In this document: piece by piece, positions 29,776-38,101 of the stretch | How positions within the stretch are numbered: the first letter of the stretch is position 1 | Layout of the letters: every line of letters begins with the position of its first letter | Assembly (NCBI GenBank): GCA_035517955.1 | Contig: DATIYC010000200.1 | Span: 10,398 to 74,397, forward strand | DNA: 64,000 bases | Direction: 5' to 3' | Source of the DNA: Candidatus Acidiferrales bacterium | GTDB lineage: Archaea > Thermoproteota > Bathyarchaeia > 40CM-2-53-6 | Notes under the pieces: model-generated | Databases searched by the model: none | Seen by the model: only the letters and a program-made list of their open reading frames with translations | What the model was told of the DNA's origin: nothing | Position numbers and translations under genes: made by a program

Positions 29776-30723
29776 TTAACGCCGCCGAGATTTGCGATTC
29801 GATACGCGTTCTAAGGCGGCAACCGTTAGGATAGGGAATAGTAGAATGGCGTCCCCTACGACGGTCACGAGTTTTGTAGGCGTCTTGATCTTGCCCCAGC
29901 TAATCGCTTCCTCCAATGGGGCACCGCTGAATCCTCCACCGTCTGCTCGGTCTAGCGTGATTTGTATTGCAGCGTCTACCCCGCCACGATATGTGTTTGC
30001 GATGAGGACTTGATGTTTAGGCATTCCTCCCCCGAGAATGAGTACTCCAACTTTCTTTCTCTCGTATGTCATGTCCACTAGTTTCGAGAAATCCTTGAGC
30101 GGGTTAACAAGGAGAGGGTGGAGGCGGCTGTATGTCCATAAATCCAGTCCCAGCATTGAATCGTAAATGCCAGGACAGAAGATGGGTGTGCCACGTCGTT
30201 GTGCTGTGCGGACGATGGAGTTTTCATCGTGAAGGTGTTTTCCGAATTCCCAGAGTAGTTCGTAGCTTGCAATGTCGCGTCGTTTCGATTCTGGGATGGT
30301 ATCGAGGATGCGATACGTTGTTTTCTCTAACGCCTCGATCGACTTCTGTGTAACTAGGAGATCGTAGATACGTGAAAGACCATGCTTTCTCAGCTTAGTG
30401 TCATCGGCGCTCTCAGACCCGACCACATGCCTGTGCCCTAATGCTTCAAGCAAATCGTGGGTGATGTTCGACCCGGTCGTGACGATTCCATCTATGTGTC
30501 CCTCATAGACTAAGTCCCTGATTACGGTCCTGAGACCGCCCGGCACTAATGGTCCAGCCAGGGAAATGAAATTCACGTAATCCTTGTCTTGAAACATCTC
30601 CGCTAGAATTTTGACCGCTTTTCCGAACCGCCCTAGGCCAAGAACTTTCACGGCCTCCATTCGATTGGCGATCTCAGATAGCGACATGCCTCGTTTGATT
30701 TTGATATGTGACACTACTGGCAT
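29776..30723 (-). CDS. dys: Deoxyhypusine synthase
   Basis: 315 aa. 'VTTGSNITHD' and 'ILGGGMPKH'. Located directly downstream of its substrate gene aIF5A. Confidence 0.9.
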   Translation of the reverse strand: MPVVSHIKIKRGMSLSEIANRMEAVKVLGLGRFGKAVKILAEMFQDKDYVNFISLAGPLVPGGLRTVIRDLVYEGHIDGIVTTGSNITHDLLEALGHRHVVGSESADDTKLRKHGLSRIYDLLVTQKSIEALEKTTYRILDTIPESKRRDIASYELLWEFGKHLHDENSIVRTAQRRGTPIFCPGIYDSMLGLDLWTYSRLHPLLVNPLKDFSKLVDMTYERKKVGVLILGGGMPKHQVLIANTYRGGVDAAIQITLDRADGGGFSGAPLEEAISWGKIKTPTKLVTVVGDAILLFPILTVAALERVSNRKSRRR

Positions 30724-30755
30724 AGACTAGCCTTCGACGGACGCCAGGAAATGGG

Positions 30756-31154
30756 TTAGACGCCTTTGGCTCGCATTATCTTGTTCTGCCCAAGCATCTG
30801 CCAATACTCGATCTCAACGCCGGGAGCGAGTTTGGATTTGATTTCCTCATCCGCTGGCATAGGCGTTTCGAAGGTCTCGTATGACTCCATATCCATGATC
30901 TGAATGTTCGTTCCGACAATTGCCAACACCTGCCCAGTCTTCTTCTCAATCATAGGAACATCGAGGCGAGCGTCCACAGGCGATATCACGCTTTTCTTTG
31001 AACCGGTCGTTATGCTAATTGCAACAATACGGGCTTTGGCGGCTCCATGCTTTCCCGGCTTAGACTTCTCGTACTCTACAATCTTGCAAGGTTCGCCATC
31101 AACAACCACATAATGCCCTATTTTCAGGTCGCCTACGTCAACGGGTTTGCTCAG
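30756..31154 (-). CDS. eif5a: Translation initiation factor aIF5A (apparent CTG start)
   Basis: Hypusine loop '[11 protein letters not shown]'. The ORF track starts at GTG 31109, but the family-typical N-terminus '(M)[22 protein letters not shown]' continues upstream to CTG 31154-31152, 2 codons after an in-frame TGA. Confidence 0.8.
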   Translation of the reverse strand: MSKPVDVGDLKIGHYVVVDGEPCKIVEYEKSKPGKHGAAKARIVAISITTGSKKSVISPVDARLDVPMIEKKTGQVLAIVGTNIQIMDMESYETFETPMPADEEIKSKLAPGVEIEYWQMLGQNKIMRAKGV

Positions 31155-31317
31155 TGTTCATCGCCTTTAAGCTAAGCTCGGAGTGAGTTAACGCCCTTTA
31201 TTCGTCTAAAAAGCTTGTCTGGCGTCATTTGGTTTCGCAATTGACGCGTCGCGGTAGGTTTCTACCAATCTCAACGCCAAATGGATTACTTAATTATCCT
31301 AGCTTCGAGTAGAAGGC

Positions 31318-32178
31318 GTGTCGGTAGGAAGCGAATTGGTTTTCACAGTCGGCCTCGTGTCACGATTGGATGAGCCGCAAGCAATCGAGGTCGCAGCAGC
31401 ACTAGCGAAGCAACTGAGGAAGAAGGGAATCTCGGTAATGGCGGAGCTAGAGCTTGCTAAACGTGGCCGACTTGGTGGCGGAAAGGATCTTGCGGATCTG
31501 AAAGCTGACCTGATGGTTACCGTGGGAGGCGATGGTACTGTGCTCAAGACCGCGATGTCGATTCCAGAACAGGAAACTCCGATCCTAGCCGTAAACATGG
31601 GACGGCGAGGATACCTAACCGAAGTCGAACCCAAGAACGCTGGACACGCCGTTGAACAATTCATGAAAGACAAATTCACGCTTGAGAAGCGCGCAAAACT
31701 TGCAATTCAAATGAACGACACCCATATTGTAGATGCCCTCAACGAGCTTGTGGTCTCTACAGGCAGTCCCTCCAAAATGCTTGAACTCCGCCTAGGCGCA
31801 GATTCGCAACCACTCCTGCAGTTCAGAGGCGATGGAATCATCGTCTCAACAACCACAGGCTCAACGGCTTACGCCCTGTCCGCAGGTGGTCCGATTGTCG
31901 ACTCAACCGTAGATGCTTTTGTCGTGACTTTCATCTGCCCACTTGACTTCGTGAGGTCAACGGTCGTATCAATGGACCGGACCCTATCACTGGAGTTGAT
32001 AAGCCCGAAACTGAAAGCTCAGGTTGTTGCTGATGGGCGATATCAGAGGGAGCTTACGCAGGATGTGAGACTTTCAATCAGCAAATCAAAACATTATACC
32101 TCATTCGTTCGGTTAGGTAACGTAAAACCTCTTGGAAGCCTTACACGTCTTCACGAACTGGAGCGAGCAAGTTTCTGA
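31318..32178 (+). CDS. nadK: NAD+ kinase
   Basis: 286 aa. 'VGGDGTVL' and 'STTTGSTAYALSAGGPI'. Confidence 0.85.
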   Translation: MSVGSELVFTVGLVSRLDEPQAIEVAAALAKQLRKKGISVMAELELAKRGRLGGGKDLADLKADLMVTVGGDGTVLKTAMSIPEQETPILAVNMGRRGYLTEVEPKNAGHAVEQFMKDKFTLEKRAKLAIQMNDTHIVDALNELVVSTGSPSKMLELRLGADSQPLLQFRGDGIIVSTTTGSTAYALSAGGPIVDSTVDAFVVTFICPLDFVRSTVVSMDRTLSLELISPKLKAQVVADGRYQRELTQDVRLSISKSKHYTSFVRLGNVKPLGSLTRLHELERASF

Positions 32179-32696
32179 AAGTCTTAGTCCTAGACACCTC
32201 AGCCCTCATAATGGGGCTTGACCCTTTAGGGCTAGAGTTCGACAGTTACTCCGTTCCGGAGGTTACAGATGAGCTGCGCCAACAAACTGGCCCATCCTAC
32301 CGCCTAGCCATCTCCAGCTCTTCGGGCAAACTGAGAATTCAAGCTCCGACCACTCTATCACTCAGTGAAGTGGCGGAACGAGCGCGGGTTCTTGGCGACA
32401 AGGTTGTTCTCTCTAAGGCGGACATTGGTGTGATAGCGTTGGCGTTGGATTTGAGCAGAGAAGGGAAGAGCCCAGTTATCGTGAGTGACGATTATGCTGT
32501 TCAGAATGTCGCTGATGGGTTGAACTTGGTTTACCAGTCTTTGGCGACCTTTGGCATTCGTCAAAGGTTCAATTGGGTATACTATTGCCCCGCATGTTTT
32601 CGCCGAAACCCAACAGGTGATTTGGAAGTATGCCAGGTTTGTGGAACGAAGCTAAAGCGCAAGCCACTTGGTAAGCAAAGAGCGAAGCGGAGCTGA
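32175..32696 (+). CDS. nob1: Nob1-like PIN endonuclease with C-terminal zinc ribbon (apparent CTG start)
   Basis: PIN start '(M)KVLVLDTSALIMG' lies upstream of the first ATG (32211). No ATG/GTG/TTG occurs between the in-frame stop at 32118 and 32211. CTG 32175 overlaps the nadK stop (CTGA). C-terminal 'CPACF....CQVCG'. Confidence 0.7.
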   Translation: MKVLVLDTSALIMGLDPLGLEFDSYSVPEVTDELRQQTGPSYRLAISSSSGKLRIQAPTTLSLSEVAERARVLGDKVVLSKADIGVIALALDLSREGKSPVIVSDDYAVQNVADGLNLVYQSLATFGIRQRFNWVYYCPACFRRNPTGDLEVCQVCGTKLKRKPLGKQRAKRS

Positions 32697-33201
32697 AACT
32701 GAACCGTTAAGCTCGATTGGATACTTCCTTTGAGCTGTTGGAACTCAAACCTGTGTGGTATTGCTGGTTTTTCAGGCCCTTTGCGTGTCTCCTCAGAGCC
32801 CTATTTGGCACGTTTCGGGGCAAAAGTGGCCGATAGTGATCGCTGAGCGTAACGGCGGGCTGGGTAATAGTGATCAATAGTGAGCGGTTTCCGGAATGAC
32901 AGATGGCAGGTAGGCAAACTAAAGCGTTAGTGACCCTCAGGAAACGTGAGTTTGTCCGCCTCTTTCTTCTCAAGCACAGTCTCTCCCTAAGTAATAGTGG
33001 CACAGAGTGGCACAAATTTGGAGACCCGCATGCCTGGTAGACGGAACAGGGCGCTTCCAGCGGTATGCAGGTGAGAAGTTGCCCATCTCTTCATTCATGG
33101 GGTCGGGTTCCAGAGATTGTTGAGGCGTTAACGAGGGGTGAGTCGTTTGTTGGTCAAATTTCGCATCGTCAGGTGTACAGGGATGTGGCTGAACTGAATC
33201 G

Positions 33202-34170
33202 TTATGCTTTCGTTGTCTTCTTTGTGACTGGTTTTATGCGACGGGCGTAGTCGAAGAGGTAGAGTTGTGCGTACCCTGCCCACTGCCCGTATCGTTCGCG
33301 CAGAAATCTAGCCGTTTTCAGCCTGCTGACCTTGCGTCCCCTAAAGTGCAGCCTCGAGACGATTCTATGTATCCATACATCCACGGGCGCTGCCTCCAAA
33401 CGCCCCGTTCCATAGAGTAGAAAGCAGTCCGCTACCTTCGGTCCTACTCCAGGCAATTCGACCAGTCTGGCGAGCGCGTCATCGTAGCTGAGATTTCTGA
33501 ATACTTCCAAGTCGAGGTCACCGTTAGCTATCATTCTTGAGACCTCGACGACGGGCTTTGCCCTGTAACCCATCCTCGTCTTTAGCTGAAGTTCGTCTGT
33601 ATTGACCTTTGCAAGGGCTTCGACTGTTGGAAAGAGGAAGGTGAAGGATCCGTCTTGGAAGTTCACCCTACGCCCATAATATTGCATCATAAGCCGCGCA
33701 GTCCTATTCCATAACATGGCTGAATTGTTCTGTGAAAGCATCGAGCAAATTAGCCCCTCGTAAAGATTGGTTCCTCGCATGAGCCGAAGGCCTCTTAGTC
33801 TCGAGAATGTTGACCTCAATGGCTCATCTTGCTTCGAAAATTCGCGGTAGAACAGTCCAATGTCATCCTTCAACCCTAGCACTTGGACTAAGTGGTGTTT
33901 GATCTGCCCGATTGTTTCTTCACTGAAGGAAGGAGCAACAGCTCGTACGGCTAGCGTGAAATCATTAGCAGGTCCCGTTTGACTTACAGTGTACTTAACG
34001 GGTGTCGCGTCAAAGACTTCAACATCCGTGAAAGACCTCCCATCCCTAATCCACTCGGGTTCTGAGGTTTGTGCACTTAGAACAGTTTCAACCAGGTTCA
34101 GCGGGCCATTCACGAGTGCTGGGGACATCTCGAATGAGTATTGCTCTTTTGCAAGCATTGAGTTAGCCAT
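33202..34170 (-). CDS. ogg: 8-oxoguanine DNA glycosylase/AP lyase (Ogg, HhH-GPD)
   Basis: 322 aa. 'LPGVGPKVADCFLLYG' with the catalytic Lys, and 'APVDVWI' Asp. Confidence 0.75.
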   Translation of the reverse strand: MANSMLAKEQYSFEMSPALVNGPLNLVETVLSAQTSEPEWIRDGRSFTDVEVFDATPVKYTVSQTGPANDFTLAVRAVAPSFSEETIGQIKHHLVQVLGLKDDIGLFYREFSKQDEPLRSTFSRLRGLRLMRGTNLYEGLICSMLSQNNSAMLWNRTARLMMQYYGRRVNFQDGSFTFLFPTVEALAKVNTDELQLKTRMGYRAKPVVEVSRMIANGDLDLEVFRNLSYDDALARLVELPGVGPKVADCFLLYGTGRLEAAPVDVWIHRIVSRLHFRGRKVSRLKTARFLRERYGQWAGYAQLYLFDYARRIKPVTKKTTKA

Positions 34171-34238
34171 GTTCTCCGCAGCTCGCTGGTGACTGACTAT
34201 GAGTTAGATGGTTGAGTTTTAGTCACGTCTTATAAGAG

Positions 34239-34889
34239 GTGAGCGAAGAGAAGTGTGTTGTGGTGGGTTGGTTGAGTAAGAGTGTTCCGCAGGAGCTGGT
34301 TCGAAAGGCACAGGAGCTGAAATCAAAGGGACTTTCGAATTATGAGATAGCGGACGAGTTGAAAGTTCAAACAGACACCGTGGTCTGGCTACTGCTAAGG
34401 GGTAGAGAGCGTGCCTCCATTCATCCACCCCACGACGTGTTCGTCGACTGGAGTTCTCTGGCATCGCATGCAAACCGTCTAGCCGCCGTTGCCGTCGCTT
34501 TAGCGGACTTAGCAAGAGAGTCTGTGCGCGCCGCTGAATTTGATGAACCAGAAGCGGTTGTGGCGATTGAAGGAAACGGAATGGTTCTAGGTGCGGCGAT
34601 CGCGAAGGAATTGAACAAACCCTTTGCCGCGGTGCGACCCCCGCGCCCTACACATAGAGGCACTCAGGGCCTAGTCAACCCTTCTTTTGACAGCGTTGCT
34701 AGAAAGAAGGTTCTCATTGCTGATGCTGTTCTTAGAGCAGGTGAAACCCACAAGGTCGCAATTCAGATATTGAAGAAGGCAAAAGCCAAACCTGTAGGCG
34801 TCATCGTCCTAGTCAACAAGAGTGGTAAAACAAAACTAGAAAGCGTCCCGCTAAAGTCGCTGTTCCAAATCCTGCCCGTCACTCAATAA
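34239..34889 (+). CDS. Orotate phosphoribosyltransferase-like protein with N-terminal HTH (GfcR-type putative regulator)
   Basis: 216 aa. 'ELKSKGLSNYEIADELKVQTDTVVWLL' HTH followed by the PRTase loop 'VLIADAVLRAGET'. Confidence 0.65.
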   Translation: MSEEKCVVVGWLSKSVPQELVRKAQELKSKGLSNYEIADELKVQTDTVVWLLLRGRERASIHPPHDVFVDWSSLASHANRLAAVAVALADLARESVRAAEFDEPEAVVAIEGNGMVLGAAIAKELNKPFAAVRPPRPTHRGTQGLVNPSFDSVARKKVLIADAVLRAGETHKVAIQILKKAKAKPVGVIVLVNKSGKTKLESVPLKSLFQILPVTQ

Positions 34890-35169
34890 AAAATGGAAAC
34901 TCCCCGCGGGAAGTTCATCGGAAAGCTCTAGGTTCCTAGTGAGGTTAAGCGAAGTGCACATAGTGGCAGTCGCAGAAGCAGAAGTTCGATGCGCAATCCT
35001 CGTGAGTGCTATTATCACATCGTTGACTCATGGGTTATCACTCGACAATAGTTGGGTACACCTAAAATAGCTTTGCGATCAAGAAAAAGAACACAACCTC
35101 GCTGACCGTTCAAACCCAATCGGTTAAACCATACCGAATCCGAGTCGAATTGGTTAGGGAGATGTTCAG

Positions 35170-35301
35170 TTAGCGAGAGAGCTTTCGTCCCATCCGAACT
35201 AGGCCATGGTCCTGCTTTCGTCTGGCAGACCTAGCTCCTTTCGCAAGCTTTCGCTTGGTGGAAGCTCTTTTCTTTCTTCGTCTTGCCTTATGTTTCGGCA
35301 T
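35170..35301 (-). CDS. Candidate small, extremely basic protein (43 aa)
   Basis: Own translation: MPKHKARRRKKRASTKRKLAKGARSARRKQDHGLVRMGRKLSR. ATG start with a TATA-like TTAATTAT (35338-35331) about 30 nt upstream. Below the ORF-track size cut-off. Confidence 0.35.
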   Translation of the reverse strand: MPKHKARRRKKRASTKRKLAKGARSARRKQDHGLVRMGRKLSR

Positions 35302-35330
35302 TGAAGACCGCGTAGCTTACGCTCCTAGAC

Positions 35331-35338
35331 ATAATTAA
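35331..35338 (-). promoter_or_regulatory. TATA-like box upstream of the 43-aa basic ORF
   Basis: TTAATTAT on the minus strand, centred ~33 nt upstream of ATG 35301. Confidence 0.3.
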
Positions 35339-35382
35339 CACGTGCTGAACCGAACGTTTAGGTCGCTTGAGACTTCGTTTGC

Positions 35383-35850
35383 CTAGGGAGCATTAGTCTT
35401 CCCGGTCATATGCTCTATCGTTATCTCCAGTACCTCCACATCTCCCAAACTTTCAGTTGTGACTTCCTTCGTGGCGACTTTGTTCTTGTCGTATTTCTCC
35501 ACCAGCGCCTTCAGGATTGCAATTTTCTCGGGCGGTTTTTCGAGGAATCTGGCTTTGCCGAAGGCTATGATGCTCTTGTATCTGAAGGAGAATTTGCATG
35601 GGTCAGCGTTTGGTATGGTTTCGCCAGGCTCGTCGACCTCGAAGCAGACCTGGTTGTTCGCCTTCAAGTAAGTGTACAGTTGTCCCTCATTTGCCGAGTG
35701 GAAGTAGATCTTCCCACCAGTATACACAAAGTTCAACGGAACAACGTAAGGTTGGTCCTTGAGCGACAGGGCTATTCTGCCAACCAAAGCCCGGTTCAGC
35801 ACCGAATCGACTTCCCTTCTATCCAATATCAGACGGTCCATTCGCCTCAT
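35383..35850 (-). CDS. Pyridoxamine 5'-phosphate oxidase-family flavoprotein
   Basis: 'MRRMDRLILDRREVDSVLNRALVGRIAL' is the typical family N-terminus. The ORF opens at 35877. Confidence 0.7.
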   Translation of the reverse strand: MRRMDRLILDRREVDSVLNRALVGRIALSLKDQPYVVPLNFVYTGGKIYFHSANEGQLYTYLKANNQVCFEVDEPGETIPNADPCKFSFRYKSIIAFGKARFLEKPPEKIAILKALVEKYDKNKVATKEVTTESLGDVEVLEITIEHMTGKTNAP

Positions 35851-35964
35851 CTCGAAACGTTGCAAAACTGCACCCACACCTGAGGTCGGGAGGGTGTAGG
35901 AATTACTTTACTGATGACTTTCCGGATTGATTACGGCGAAAAGTTATGGTTAGCTTAAAAGAGC

Positions 35965-36528
35965 TCAGATTCTGTATTCCATTTCTTTGACGATATCCTT
36001 CATCAATTGTTCACCATATTTTCGCTTAAGCAATTCGAGTGAGAGGTCGATTCCGGCGCTTATTCCCGCCGAGGTAGCCACGTTTCCCTCAAAGATGAAT
36101 CGTTCATTTTCAACCACATGAACGTTAGGATACTCTCTTAGGCCATCGAACTGAGATGCATGGGTGGTAGCTCTCTTTCCATCCAAGAGCCCAGCTTCCG
36201 CGAGAACCAATGCACCTGTGCAAACACTTACCGTCGTCGCTTGAGAAGTATGGTTCTTGATGAAAGTGACCGTTTCCCGATCGTACCTTGCTTTCTCCCT
36301 CGCCCCTCGACCTCCCGGCACGATCAATAAATCAAGCCTCGGGCAGTTTGCGAAGCTATGATCTGGTTGTACCTTCAACCCATACCGGCACTGAACTCTG
36401 TTGCCATCCTTCGAGACCGTCAATACCTTGACGTCCTTCATTTGTGAGGCGATGCCGAAAACTTCCCACGGACCAGCAAAATCAAGCTCCTCTACATCAT
36501 CAAACAGTATTATTCCCACGAGCAACAT
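35965..36528 (-). CDS. DJ-1/PfpI family protein
   Basis: 187 aa. Nucleophile elbow 'VSVCTGALVLA' and 'LLIVPGG'. Confidence 0.85.
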   Translation of the reverse strand: MLLVGIILFDDVEELDFAGPWEVFGIASQMKDVKVLTVSKDGNRVQCRYGLKVQPDHSFANCPRLDLLIVPGGRGAREKARYDRETVTFIKNHTSQATTVSVCTGALVLAEAGLLDGKRATTHASQFDGLREYPNVHVVENERFIFEGNVATSAGISAGIDLSLELLKRKYGEQLMKDIVKEMEYRI

Positions 36529-36555
36529 TTCAACCTCCTCAGGTCCGCTTCGTGA

Positions 36556-36924
36556 TCAGAGTACTTCGGCTTTCTGCGTTTCCTCGTTCCAGACCTGCCG
36601 CTCCTTCTCCTCAGGGTCGGAAGTTATCAGCAAGGATCGTTTCGCGTCTTTGAGGGGTATGATGAAGTATTCAAGCACTCGTCCATCAGAACCTTTCAAG
36701 GTCAGCTTGCGTTTCCGGTCCGCAGGCTTCATTGTCTTCGGGTCGAGATACTTGCAGAGTATGTAGCTTCCACGCGAATCCAACGTCCGAACTTCAAGCT
36801 TCCCACCTTTCCCTTTCGTTAGGACAGTTTCAGGAAGTTGCATCGATTTCACTACGAACTCCAGAGTCTGGAACGCGTTAAAGTTTTCGTCGTTAGCGTT
36901 CGAATCTTCCGATGAAGTATCCAA
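36556..36924 (-). CDS. Hypothetical protein
   Basis: 122-aa ORF overlapping the 3' end of the Nop2/Sun gene by 32 nt. The internal ATG at 36843 (MQLPETV..) avoids the overlap. No family recognised. Confidence 0.35.
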   Translation of the reverse strand: MDTSSEDSNANDENFNAFQTLEFVVKSMQLPETVLTKGKGGKLEVRTLDSRGSYILCKYLDPKTMKPADRKRKLTLKGSDGRVLEYFIIPLKDAKRSLLITSDPEEKERQVWNEETQKAEVL

Positions 36925-38077
36925 TTTCGTCAGTTATAGGGTGGAACCGCTGGCAAAAAGTTTTCAACACCTCAGCGTTCCTGAAATCTGTTGACCCAAC
37001 TAGGGGCGTCTGCTCAACAACATGGAGCCCGCATTCATGTTCGGCGAACTCCACAGTTTCCTCGCACTCTTGCTTTGTGATAGTGCATACGCTGTACACC
37101 ACGACTCCACCCGGTTTGACTACTCTCGCTGCTGATTTTAGAAACTGCCTCTGATAATCCGCCAACGCGTTCACCTTTTCCCGCGAGGTGGAGTCGTAGA
37201 TTTTTGGTCGGAGACCAAGGGCGCTGCACGGTGGATCGATCAGAACGCGGTCTGCCTGCAAATCGGGCAAGTCGTCTGCAGCGTATCTAGAGTCATGTAT
37301 GGATACGGTAACGTTTGAGCAACCCAAGTGTACTACCGTTTGCCGCGTGCGAGCAACCTTCTCGCTGTTTCGATCCAAACCGTAAACTTTGCCAGTATTT
37401 CGCATGAGTTGGCTTATGTGTGACAACTTCCCCCCAGGCGCACAATTCATATCCACAACGCACTCGCCCTCCTTCGGTCCGAGAACGTGACTTGTCACCA
37501 TGGCTGCAAGTGACTGTGGGTAGAGCAATCCTTCAGCGAATTCCGGTAACTCTCTGATTTGCGGCGACTTATACTGACGCTCCTGCAGCCTCACTGCTAA
37601 CCCTCTTCTGAATGTGAGGATGTCGTTCGTGTTCATCATAGCCTCGCCCGTTCCAAGAACGTCGTCCATTTCCGAGAGCACTGTTACTTGGTCTCCGGAC
37701 CGAAGGGATCCGCATTCGATGACGCCTGGCGCGTAAACGTTGGCGCCTTGCAAGACAGATTCGGCCGTATGCTTATCCACAATTATCTTCCGACCTTTTG
37801 TCAGTATGTCGAAGGGTCCCTCTACACGAATGCCCAACGCCTCAGACACGACAGGGTGCTGCGAAACCCTGAGTCCTCTACTTTCCAATCGATTCATGAG
37901 ATCGTCAGGGGAGATCTTGAGCGTGTTACATCGAACATAATACGTCTGAACAGGTTTTGGAAGTGCTTCAAGTATCGCTGTCGCACCGGTACCATAAACT
38001 TCCGTCACCAATTGAACGACGTCTAGTGAGAACCTGCTCTGATCTGAGCTGTGGAGTTCCTGATCACTCAAAGTCAT
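36893..38077 (-). CDS. NOL1/NOP2/Sun-family RNA (cytosine-C5) methyltransferase with N-terminal PUA-like region
   Basis: 394 aa. 'DMNCAPGGK', 'DPPCSALG' and 'YSVCTITKQE' catalytic Cys motifs. Confidence 0.85.
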   Translation of the reverse strand: MTLSDQELHSSDQSRFSLDVVQLVTEVYGTGATAILEALPKPVQTYYVRCNTLKISPDDLMNRLESRGLRVSQHPVVSEALGIRVEGPFDILTKGRKIIVDKHTAESVLQGANVYAPGVIECGSLRSGDQVTVLSEMDDVLGTGEAMMNTNDILTFRRGLAVRLQERQYKSPQIRELPEFAEGLLYPQSLAAMVTSHVLGPKEGECVVDMNCAPGGKLSHISQLMRNTGKVYGLDRNSEKVARTRQTVVHLGCSNVTVSIHDSRYAADDLPDLQADRVLIDPPCSALGLRPKIYDSTSREKVNALADYQRQFLKSAARVVKPGGVVVYSVCTITKQECEETVEFAEHECGLHVVEQTPLVGSTDFRNAEVLKTFCQRFHPITDEIGYFIGRFER

Positions 38078-38101
38078 TCATACTGACCTGAAATTTGCAG
38101 G

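Noticed and set aside
31159-31161. Programmed +1 frameshift from ATG 31161 (MNTEQTR*) into the aIF5A frame
   Set aside because: No recognisable slippery/stimulator context is present. A CTG start or a simple 1-nt assembly error explains the data more economically. It is kept only as an alternative in the finding.
32707-33015. 102-aa minus-strand ORF in the Nob1/ogg spacer
   Set aside because: It is Arg/Leu/Cys-rich and not protein-like, and has no promoter-like element. The region is treated as non-coding (see finding).
32697-33201. Possibility that the spacer encodes SRP RNA or RNase P RNA
   Set aside because: I could not find the conserved SRP helix-8 motif (GGUCAGG.CCGGAAGG.AGCAGC-like) or the RNase P P4 'GGAAAGUCC' / 'ACAGAA' motifs on either strand.
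33065-33250. 61-aa plus-strand ORF at the right end of the same spacer
   Set aside because: It overlaps the 3' end of ogg by 49 nt in antisense. No motif was recognised, so I cannot exclude a small protein but have no support for one.
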